Positions 1 through 7,260 of a stretch of 34,078 nucleotides of DNA are shown here, piece after piece; the stretch's first letter is position 1; the number at the start of each line of letters is the position of its first letter. The position numbers were made by a program, and so were the translations under genes. This DNA is from a virus (Duplodnaviria; Caudoviricetes): positions 1-34,078 of the IMG/VR virus record IMGVR_UViG_3300005805_000258. One strand, written 5' to 3'. The notes under the pieces are model-generated. The model did no database searches. It had not been told where the DNA came from and saw nothing but the letters and a program-made list of their open reading frames with translations.

Positions 1-193
1 ATCAAATTGATGAAGGAACGCGTTTAAGCAAGTTGCCTTCACATGGTAACCTGCTCATTTCGTATTTTCACAAATACATCACTGCAAAGATGAAAGAAGG
101 TGCTGGCTTCTCATCTGAACCAATCAATCAAATTGATGAAGGAACGCGTTTAAGCAAGTTGCCTTCACATGGTAACCCGTTCATTTTGTATTT
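1..193 (+). repeat. Direct repeat with 126-bp period (1-51 identical to 127-177, near-identical out to about 67/193)
   Basis: ATCAAATTGATGAAGGAACGCGTTTAAGCAAGTTGCCTTCACATGGTAACC occurs at 1 and at 127, followed by TGCTCATTTCGTATTTT versus CGTTCATTTTGTATTTT. Confidence 0.95.
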
Positions 194-500
194 TTCTGGT
201 GACAGTTTGGGTAATGTTGAAGAAAAATTAGCGAAGAACGGATATGAATTCATGTGTGATTTGAGCGGACGCCCAACATCTGCTTCTGATAGAAAGAAGC
301 TATCACCAGCCGCGCTTAAGGCGATGGGAGTAAGAGATGAAGATATTGATAATGTTAAGGAAAATGGTGGTTGGCCTCTGCACCAATATCTAGTTTTTTC
401 TAAGACTGAGATGAGTCCTTCTGAAGCTGTGGAATTCATGAATTCCCGGGCTGAATCTATATCTAATCCTGAAAAATTCGCCGAGGTTACTTATCTCTAA
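1..500 (+). CDS. Hypothetical protein, 5' truncated by the window edge; possible internal head protein
   Basis: The frame is open from position 3 (QIDEGTRLSKLP...) to TAA at 498-500. It contains an in-frame duplication with a 126-bp period and lies just upstream of the head genes. Confidence 0.6.
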   Translation, partial: QIDEGTRLSKLPSHGNLLISYFHKYITAKMKEGAGFSSEPINQIDEGTRLSKLPSHGNPFILYFSGDSLGNVEEKLAKNGYEFMCDLSGRPTSASDRKKLSPAALKAMGVRDEDIDNVKENGGWPLHQYLVFSKTEMSPSEAVEFMNSRAESISNPEKFAEVTYL

Positions 501-626
501 TAGGAAATTGTCAAACCCGGCATTTTAACAACATATATCAGAAACCAAAGAGCCGAGATACAGCAAAAATGATCAGCTTGATAGTGCATGAAATGATTGG
601 TACACACGACTAATAAAGGATATAAA

Positions 627-986
627 ATGGATCTCAATCTATTACGCCGAATGGCTGGCATTCCAACTCTAGTTCCTAGCAGCATTGCTAAGTCCAATAC
701 TGTTGCTAATGAGTTCCGTAAATTAGCCGGACTCAGCCAACTTCCAATTAAGGAAGATGACAAGGACGATAAGGAAGAAATGCCAGCAGAAGAAATGCCA
801 GCAGAAGAAATGCCAGCAGAAGAAATGCCAGCGGACGGTCTTCCAGATATAGTAAAAGCAATCGCTTCCCAAGCTGAAGGAAAAACTGGGGAAGAATTAA
901 TGTCTCTAATTCACAATGTCTACATGGCTGGATTTAAAGATGGATCAGAGCATGAAGACGAGGAAGGTGGGGAAGAAGCCAAATAA
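627..986 (+). CDS. Small acidic protein with two R-[KR]-[LM]-A-G motifs and an EEMPA repeat; putative prohead core/internal protein
   Basis: ATG at 627 has an AAGGA SD at 616-620, a better start than TTG 597. Motifs LRRMAGI and FRKLAGL are present; the protein is very acidic and sits next to the scaffold gene. Confidence 0.7.
   Translation: MDLNLLRRMAGIPTLVPSSIAKSNTVANEFRKLAGLSQLPIKEDDKDDKEEMPAEEMPAEEMPAEEMPADGLPDIVKAIASQAEGKTGEELMSLIHNVYMAGFKDGSEHEDEEGGEEAK
774..833 (+). repeat. 15-bp tandem repeat x4 encoding (EEMPA)4
   Basis: GAAGAAATGCCAGCA three times, then GAAGAAATGCCAGCG. Confidence 0.95.
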
Positions 987-1012
987 TTTTCAATTCATAA
1001 AGGAGAATCATA

Positions 1013-1210
1013 ATGGATAAAAGAGATGTGTTAAAGAGTATGCTTAATAATATTATTAATGATAAGACTGAGCAAGCTCAATTAGATCTACACACATATT
1101 TGACTGCTAAAATGAGAGACATCACGGGCTTAAGCCAAGCAGTTAATGATGTTGGCGATTTAGAACAGGAATCTTACGAGGATTCTATAGAAGAAATTAC
1201 TAAAGAATAG
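1013..1210 (+). CDS. Small prohead core protein, T4 gp67-like
   Basis: AAGGAG SD. A helical N-terminus (LKSMLNNIINDKTEQAQLDLHTYLTAK) and acidic tail, directly before the scaffold, match gp67-like proteins in size and pattern. Confidence 0.5.
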   Translation: MDKRDVLKSMLNNIINDKTEQAQLDLHTYLTAKMRDITGLSQAVNDVGDLEQESYEDSIEEITKE

Positions 1211-1228
1211 AAGGATCACCACGTTTAG

Positions 1229-1339
1229 TAACGCGTTTTATACATTTTTATTAGTTTTTGCGAGATTTTTGCGCCATTTTATAAATACGATTACGTATAT
1301 TTCTCGCTTGTTTTCACACTCTGTTGTTAAAACGCGTTA
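1229..1339. repeat. Long imperfect inverted repeat centred on a late promoter
   Basis: TAACGCGTTTTA (1229-1240) pairs with TAAAACGCGTTA (1328-1339), a perfect 12-bp IR. Inner arms are GCGAGA (1260-1265) and TCTCGC (1302-1307). The common axis is about 1284. Confidence 0.85.
1280..1287 (+). promoter_or_regulatory. T4-type late promoter TATAAATA
   Basis: Exact gp55 consensus upstream of the scaffold-capsid operon. Confidence 0.8.
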
Positions 1340-1404
1340 ATGTTCAAAAAAGCCATTAGACAGATGAGTCTAATTATCATTAAATCAAGATAAAGGAGAA
1401 CTGC

Positions 1405-2298
1405 ATGGATGAGATCCTACAGAAGCTGCTAAGCTCTGAACTTCTAAGTGAAGAAGCTAAAGCAGAAATCTCTTCTCAGTGGACTTCTGCTGTAGAACAG
1501 TACAAGACTGCAGTTAAGGAAGAAGCTACTCTGGAAGTGAGAGCAGAACTTGCCGAACAATGGGCCACAGAACGTGACGCTTTGGTTGAAAGTGTCGAAT
1601 CATTCGTTTCAAAGAAACTAGAAGAAGAAATAACTGAACTAAAGTCAGATATTGAACGCTTCCGTGATCTCGAAGCAGAGTATGCTGAGAGAATAGTTGA
1701 AGAAAAACATCACATGGCTGATCAACTCTCTGAAGAGCTAGATCAACTCATTGATAAGATGGATTCATTCTTTGAAATGCGTCTAACAGAAGAATTCACA
1801 GAGCTTCGTGAAGATCTAGAGATCGTCAAGCAAAATGAATTTGGTCGTCGCATGTTTGAAACTTTTGCTGCAGAATTCAGCAAATACCACATTGACGAGA
1901 ATTCGATTCAGTCAAAGTTAAATTCTGCTGTAGCTCAGCTAGAAGAAGCACATATGAAAATTGAAACCCTTGCCACTGAAAATGCCAAGATGTTTCGCGA
2001 ATCAAAGCTAGATAAAATCCTATCACCTCTACAAGGTAAGAAACGTGAGCAAATGGCATTCGTGCTAGCAAATGTTGAAACTGATCGCCTTGAGGAGGCA
2101 TTCAACCACTTCATTGGTCGTGTTCTCAAGGAAGAACAATCCCCAGAGACGCTGCCTGAAGACGGAAAGAGCACCCAGGTTATCGCTGAAAGTGCCCCTT
2201 CCGTAATCGTAACAGGTGATAAAGCACCTGAGGCTCAATCCAAGCAAGTATCCGATAAGTATTCTCATCTGAGAAAGCTTGCTGGTATGACTAAATAA
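1405..2298 (+). CDS. Prohead core scaffolding protein (T4 gp22-like)
   Basis: AAGGAG SD. Glu-rich coiled coil with the KQNEFGRRMFETFAAEF motif typical of jumbo T4-like scaffolds, immediately upstream of the capsid gene. Confidence 0.85.
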   Translation: MDEILQKLLSSELLSEEAKAEISSQWTSAVEQYKTAVKEEATLEVRAELAEQWATERDALVESVESFVSKKLEEEITELKSDIERFRDLEAEYAERIVEEKHHMADQLSEELDQLIDKMDSFFEMRLTEEFTELREDLEIVKQNEFGRRMFETFAAEFSKYHIDENSIQSKLNSAVAQLEEAHMKIETLATENAKMFRESKLDKILSPLQGKKREQMAFVLANVETDRLEEAFNHFIGRVLKEEQSPETLPEDGKSTQVIAESAPSVIVTGDKAPEAQSKQVSDKYSHLRKLAGMTK

Positions 2299-2318
2299 TT
2301 AGTTCAAGGAGAACCTAA

Positions 2319-3557
2319 ATGGAACTATTTGAAAATTGGCAAGAAACCAAGGAAACTCTGCTAGAGGGTTTGAGCGAAAGCAAGAAAAGAATTCTAGCAC
2401 CAGTCCTTGAAAACCAAATGCAACATCTAGCGGAAACCGCTTCTAGTGGCACAAGTGCTGCTGGTGCAATCGGCAACTTCCAAAAGATTGTTATCCCAAT
2501 GATCCGCCGTATTATCCCCGGCACGATCGCTACTGAACTAGTTGGTGTACAACCAATGGCTGGTCCAGTTGGTCTAGTATATTCACTGCGTTTCCTCTTC
2601 TCTGAAGCAGTAAATGCAACTCCAGGTGCTGGTACCCTAGGTTCAGCTTCCAGTGAAGACATCTCTGCTGGTGATGAAGTTTTCGGTAACAACAGCAAGA
2701 CCAAGCGTTTCTATTCCACAAGCGATGCTCCAGCTACAGCTGGTGGCCCCGCTGCTGGTACCTCTACCGGCTTTGCAGCTGCCACAAGCGACTACGAAGC
2801 ATTTGGTGGACGCGCAATGACCTTAGAAGTATTGAAGCAAACTGTTACCGCTGGTAGCCGTAAGCTCCAAGCTCGTTGGACTCCAGAAGCAATGCAAGAT
2901 TTGAAGGCATCTCATGGTCTAGACCTTGAAGCCGAGATCACCGCATCTCTCTCAGCTGCTATCGTTTCTGAAATCGACAACGAAATCATCAACGACCTAA
3001 TCGCTCTAGCTGGTACAACTGACAGCTTCGATATGGCAGGTACCTTCACTGGTGTTCCTAACTATGTTGGTGATCGTCACGCTGTTCTAGGTGTTCTAAT
3101 CAATCGCGTAGCTAACGAAATCGCTCGTAAGACCCGTCGTGGTCCTGCTAACTGGATCGTTGTTAGCCCTCTCGTCGTATCCGTTCTACAGAGTGCTGCT
3201 AAGAGCGTATTTGCTCCAGCCGTAAGCGGTAGCTTCGATGGTCCTAACAATACCAAGCTAGTTGGTACGCTCAATGGCAACATCAAGGTCTACAGCTACA
3301 TCTACCACGACCAAGGCACTGAGCCTATCCTCCTTGGCTTCAAGGGTGGTTCTGGTGAAATGGACAGCGGTTATTTCTACTGCCCATATATCCCATTGAT
3401 GAGCTCTGGAGTTGTTGTTGATCCTAACACCTTCAACCCACACGTATCACTCATGACACGTTACGGTAAGGCTACCTTCACGTCAACTTCCACATCTCTT
3501 GGCAACTCAGCTGACTACTATGGTCGCATCAGCGTTGCTAACCTCTCATTCGTTTAA
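2319..3557 (+). CDS. Major capsid protein (T4 gp23-like)
   Basis: Diagnostic gp23 motifs: IPMIRR, VGVQPMAGPVG, SRKLQARWTPEAMQDL..HGLD.EAE, EIDNEII, IARKTRRG.ANW, GYFYCPYIPL, P....MTRYG. Confidence 0.97.
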   Translation: MELFENWQETKETLLEGLSESKKRILAPVLENQMQHLAETASSGTSAAGAIGNFQKIVIPMIRRIIPGTIATELVGVQPMAGPVGLVYSLRFLFSEAVNATPGAGTLGSASSEDISAGDEVFGNNSKTKRFYSTSDAPATAGGPAAGTSTGFAAATSDYEAFGGRAMTLEVLKQTVTAGSRKLQARWTPEAMQDLKASHGLDLEAEITASLSAAIVSEIDNEIINDLIALAGTTDSFDMAGTFTGVPNYVGDRHAVLGVLINRVANEIARKTRRGPANWIVVSPLVVSVLQSAAKSVFAPAVSGSFDGPNNTKLVGTLNGNIKVYSYIYHDQGTEPILLGFKGGSGEMDSGYFYCPYIPLMSSGVVVDPNTFNPHVSLMTRYGKATFTSTSTSLGNSADYYGRISVANLSFV

Positions 3558-3610
3558 TTAATGATAATTAATGATTGAGTTTTTCGTCTAACCAACGGCT
3601 AAGACGATTA

Positions 3611-3648
3611 AAAAAGGAGCCTGATTTAATCAGGCTCCTTTTTATTTT
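3611..3648 (+). terminator. Strong rho-independent terminator after the capsid gene, potentially bidirectional
   Basis: AAAAAGGAGCCTGATT-T-AATCAGGCTCCTTTTT palindrome followed by ATTTT. Confidence 0.9.
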
Positions 3649-3671
3649 ACTTGGGATATAATAAATAACAT

Positions 3672-4057
3672 ATGATGATTGAATATGTTAACCTGTCCTA
3701 TTTGCAATCTGCATTTCAAAAAATAGATTCTCAGCACCTGATATCACACGCAACAACACCCCCAAGCCTATCCCGCAGTCCGCTGCGGTGACGCTCAAAC
3801 CAGGGGTTACTTCTTTCTGGGGGCAGTCATGCGCTATGACAAATCCATTAAAGAATGTATATACAGCCGCCGGATTCAGTTTTCACAGCGAAAGCAGTAT
3901 TGGCTACTGTTACACTGATTTAGTCAAACGATATCACCGTTATGGACGAAGGAAACCTGCTGGTGAGTCACGCACTGAAGAACAGTGGAACAGTGATCAT
4001 GGTTTCTATCAGCTGTATGATGCTGGCACACTCAACTATGTTCTAACTGTAGGATAG
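3672..4057 (+). pseudogene. Decayed Hef-like homing endonuclease remnant (frameshifted zinc finger plus C-terminal fragment)
   Basis: Joining frames gives MMIEYV-TCPICNLHFKK-IDSQHLISH (C2H2-like finger). ORF 3788-4057 ends in VY...GF......GYCYTD...RY.RY...TE.....GFYQLYDAG..Y, the pattern of the Hef-like nuclease C-terminus. The middle of the gene is missing. Confidence 0.65.
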
Positions 4058-4075
4058 CCTGCGCAAATGCTATAA

Positions 4076-4105
4076 GTTTAATTCTCAGCGCAGTTATACT
4101 ATAAT
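4076..4105 (+). promoter_or_regulatory. Sigma70-type (early) promoter
   Basis: GTTTAAT (4076-4082), 17 nt, then TATAAT (4100-4105), upstream of the GGAGG SD of ORF 4129. Confidence 0.6.
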
Positions 4106-4128
4106 AGCTTAACATACGGAGGACTTAG

Positions 4129-4329
4129 ATGGCAGACTGTAAAATCACTCTCTCAAAGACTCAGGTACTTGAGCTGAGGCGGGCACTACTGAAGCACTCA
4201 AACCTTGCAGATAGGTTTGAACTGTGTCAATCCACAGAGAGTGGTATTGGTCTGAGCCTACAGCTACTGGTGCACTGCTCAGATGGGGTTACATATGTAG
4301 AAGACCTAACCGATTACAGCTGCTGGTAA
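4129..4329 (+). CDS. Small hypothetical protein
   Basis: GGAGG SD and a promoter upstream; 66 aa ending in DLTDYSCW. Confidence 0.65.
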   Translation: MADCKITLSKTQVLELRRALLKHSNLADRFELCQSTESGIGLSLQLLVHCSDGVTYVEDLTDYSCW

Positions 4330-4349
4330 AATTATAAGAGGAAAGAAAA

Positions 4350-4772
4350 ATGAGAGTAGGATTCACTGCCAGTGCCTTTGATCTACTACATGCGGGTCAT
4401 GTTGCCATGCTACGAGAAGTAAAATCGCGCTGTGACCGTCTAATCTGTGGTCTTCAGGTTGATCCATCAGTTGACCGTGCTTGGAAGGCTAAACCTGTTC
4501 AATCAATAGTCGAGCGCTATGTGCAACTAGCAGCAGTACAGTACGTAGATGAAATAATTCCCTACTGTTCAGAGGCTGATCTTGAAGATATTCTGCGACT
4601 TCATAGAATTGACGTGCGGTTCTTGGGTGAAGAATATAGAAATGCAGACTTCACAGGGAAGCAATTGTGCGAGGAGCTGGGAATAGAAATTTATTTCAAT
4701 AAGCGTCATCATAATTTCAGTAGCACATCATTACGCGCCAGAGCGGCTAGCTCTGCACAGCAAACATCATGA
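4350..4772 (+). CDS. Cytidylyltransferase family protein (glycerol-3-phosphate cytidylyltransferase/TagD-like)
   Basis: FDLLHAGH (HxGH) motif, LICGLQVDP, ER...L...YVDEII and C-terminal SSTSLR. Confidence 0.9.
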   Translation: MRVGFTASAFDLLHAGHVAMLREVKSRCDRLICGLQVDPSVDRAWKAKPVQSIVERYVQLAAVQYVDEIIPYCSEADLEDILRLHRIDVRFLGEEYRNADFTGKQLCEELGIEIYFNKRHHNFSSTSLRARAASSAQQTS

Positions 4773-5044
4773 ATTTTTTCAAAAAAATACTCGGTAAGAG
4801 AACCCCACAGCAAGTTGACCCAGCGCACGGGCACCTGTCTGAGCTCAGGTTGTCTGAGCTCGTCGCAGAACACCGGTTCATCTGTGCCACGCTAGCACAC
4901 TTAAGCTCCTCATTCCCAACATATGCACGACAGCATGGTAATGATTCCACTACCTTCGCAATCTCAAGTTTAAAGGCTAAAAAAGTAGAACTAGAGGCCA
5001 AAATAGAAGTACTGCGACATTTTTTGAATTCTACTTCTTCTTGA
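4769..5044 (+). CDS. Hypothetical protein
   Basis: ATGA overlap with the upstream stop suggests translational coupling; coiled-coil-like C-terminus. Confidence 0.55.
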   Translation: MNFFKKILGKRTPQQVDPAHGHLSELRLSELVAEHRFICATLAHLSSSFPTYARQHGNDSTTFAISSLKAKKVELEAKIEVLRHFLNSTSS

Positions 5045-5258
5045 ACGCCTGAGCATGATGGCGTTCTAATATAGGAACCAGCACACGTTCGCCTGGTTTA
5101 AAATTCTTAGCTCCATTCAACTCATTGAATGCTCGTAGCAGCTGAGTCATCTCTTCCTTGGTTACATCATAGAAGTTATACAGCTTGATAGCTGCTGTAA
5201 TAGTTTCACCTGGCATTAACAGGTGAGGCTTTGCTTTGAGTATTTTTCCAAGTGACAT
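5031..5258 (-). CDS. Small LysM-like domain protein
   Basis: An AAGGAG SD supports a start at 5258 (MSLGK). The pattern H...PGET......N.LNG...F.PG..V.VP resembles LysM. GTAAATA, a late-like motif, lies upstream. Confidence 0.55.
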   Translation of the reverse strand: MSLGKILKAKPHLLMPGETITAAIKLYNFYDVTKEEMTQLLRAFNELNGAKNFKPGERVLVPILERHHAQAFKKK

Positions 5259-5367
5259 ATGCATTCTCCTTTGAATGTATTTACACTGTTGATCATGGTT
5301 AACAACCAGGCTTATCTGCATGATTGTCAATAAATAGTCCATAAGTGGACTTCATGAAAGACATCCC

Positions 5368-7236
5368 ATGGCAGACAATCTTCAACTGACTACACATGAG
5401 CTCTGGATAGACGGGCGCCAGATGCTCACCACAGCTACAAAAATATCACCCACCACAATAAGAATAAGTTGGAAGTTACCTTCACCTATTGTAGCATACG
5501 CTGGTGCCATAGTACTGTTAAGTGATAAAAAGTTCGACTCTTCTAATTTTCCAGTTGACGGTCAACGTTACACCGCCTCTTCTAATTGGACAGCTCCTGC
5601 AGATACAATAGATGGTGCACATGTGGTTGCATCATTCTATGGTTACTATGGTGATAGCGTTACTCAGACCTACGTAGATGTAACAAACATAGATGCTGAT
5701 AAAATCTACTATGCCTCTGTGCATGCAGCATCTAACATTCTGCAGTACTATACCATAGGAACGCAGAGCTATCCTCTAGAATCTTCACGAATAGAAAAAG
5801 CTTCAGAGACCTACGCAGCATCAATCCAATCTTCACCAGTTCCTCCTGAGAATCCAAAGAATGGTCAGGTCTACTATGATCCTGCGAGTAACAGTGTCCT
5901 GATCTGGAAAGCTGATCTGTCATCCTGGGTTGCCAGCTCTCAACGAACTGTACCGACCGGCACCTCTCCAGCAGTTGACATCAACCAATTGTTCTACAAC
6001 AGTACTGACAACCTGCTCAAGTTCTTCAATGGTTCAAGTTGGGTAACCTGTGACTCTACCAACACTCGAGTCAAATTAAATGGATCAGCCTGGTCAACTT
6101 TCAACACAGTTTCAGCTGGTGGAAGTTTTCCTCAGGCTCCAGTAATAGGTGACTTTTTCTACATTACATACAAGGCTGCAATAAGTGCCCCCACAACCTA
6201 TGAAGTAAAATTCTTTACGCTGGGTGGTTGGTTAAACCCTTCACCCAATGTGGTTCAAGTTTTTCATGGTGGTAGCTGGAGGCCTATAGCTGACTACACC
6301 ACTACCATAGCGGACTTCCAGGATCCTCCTATTCCTGCCATAGGAGATCTATTCTACGAAACAAATTCTAAAAATCTTCTAGCATGGTCTGGTAACTCCT
6401 GGTCTCATGCTAACACATTTGAAGGTGGGGCCCCAACAACAGATAAATTTGGGGTAGGAACAGATGGTTCATATGATGAGAGGCTACGACTCATTAAGGT
6501 TTTAAAACATCAACTAGGCTATCCCCAGGTGTGTTCTGAACTGTCTGAAGAGCAGTTCAACGTTGCCATAGACAACGCACTAGATGAATTTAGGCGACGG
6601 GCTGACAATGCATATGCACACAAATTTATATCTTTCTCAGTCAAAAAAGGTCAAGTTGTCTACTATCTAAATGATCCTCGTGATCTCACACACAAGATTG
6701 TGAACGTCATAAAGATACACAGAATAAACCATCTAGGGATTAGTTCTCTCAGTGCTGAAACGGGCTTGTATGCTCAGGCATTCTTTAACCAGCTCTATCA
6801 GGGTTCAAACGTTGATGTGCTAGCCATACACCTAATGAACCAGCTCTCAGAAAATTATGAAAAAATATTCGCTGGAAATCTATCATTTACATGGGACGAG
6901 CCAAGTCGTCAGCTCACTATTCTAAGAAGAATACTGCAAGATGAAGAGCGAGTACTACTTGAAGTTTCATTGGAACGAACAGAGCAGGAACTATTGTATG
7001 ATCGCTGGGTTAAGCAGTGGATTCAGGCATGGGCGCAGAGTGAGTGCTGGGAAATGCTGGGTGAAATAAGATCTAAGTACGGCTCACTGCCTGGACCAAG
7101 TGGTGGTATTACCCTCAATGGTGACAGCTGTCTAGCAAGAAGCACTGAGATGCAGGTAGAGCTGCTGCGACAGATAGCTGACTATGAAGTTGGCAATGGT
7201 GTGAACTTTGGCAATACCAGTTTCCTCATAGGCTAA
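5368..7236 (+). CDS. Neck/head-tail adaptor protein (T4 gp13-like) with about 370-aa N-terminal extension
   Basis: The C-terminal part has LKHQLGYP...ELSEEQ...AID.AL, WIQAWA.....LGEIRSKY..LPGP.GG..LNGD and F.IG, typical of gp13. AATAAATA lies at 5329-5336 upstream. Confidence 0.88.
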   Translation: MADNLQLTTHELWIDGRQMLTTATKISPTTIRISWKLPSPIVAYAGAIVLLSDKKFDSSNFPVDGQRYTASSNWTAPADTIDGAHVVASFYGYYGDSVTQTYVDVTNIDADKIYYASVHAASNILQYYTIGTQSYPLESSRIEKASETYAASIQSSPVPPENPKNGQVYYDPASNSVLIWKADLSSWVASSQRTVPTGTSPAVDINQLFYNSTDNLLKFFNGSSWVTCDSTNTRVKLNGSAWSTFNTVSAGGSFPQAPVIGDFFYITYKAAISAPTTYEVKFFTLGGWLNPSPNVVQVFHGGSWRPIADYTTTIADFQDPPIPAIGDLFYETNSKNLLAWSGNSWSHANTFEGGAPTTDKFGVGTDGSYDERLRLIKVLKHQLGYPQVCSELSEEQFNVAIDNALDEFRRRADNAYAHKFISFSVKKGQVVYYLNDPRDLTHKIVNVIKIHRINHLGISSLSAETGLYAQAFFNQLYQGSNVDVLAIHLMNQLSENYEKIFAGNLSFTWDEPSRQLTILRRILQDEERVLLEVSLERTEQELLYDRWVKQWIQAWAQSECWEMLGEIRSKYGSLPGPSGGITLNGDSCLARSTEMQVELLRQIADYEVGNGVNFGNTSFLIG

Positions 7237-7260
7237 TTCAAAAAGAAAGTGTGAACACTA

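Noticed and set aside
1-193. Template/variable repeat pair of a diversity-generating retroelement
   Set aside because: Only three mismatches, in both directions (T/C and C/T). The copies are tandem in one frame and no reverse transcriptase is in the window.
3685-3726. TAG readthrough or stop-codon recoding
   Set aside because: Reading through TAG hits TGA within five codons and does not restore the finger. Many genes end cleanly at TAG (1210, 17803, 24405) and long genes are uninterrupted.
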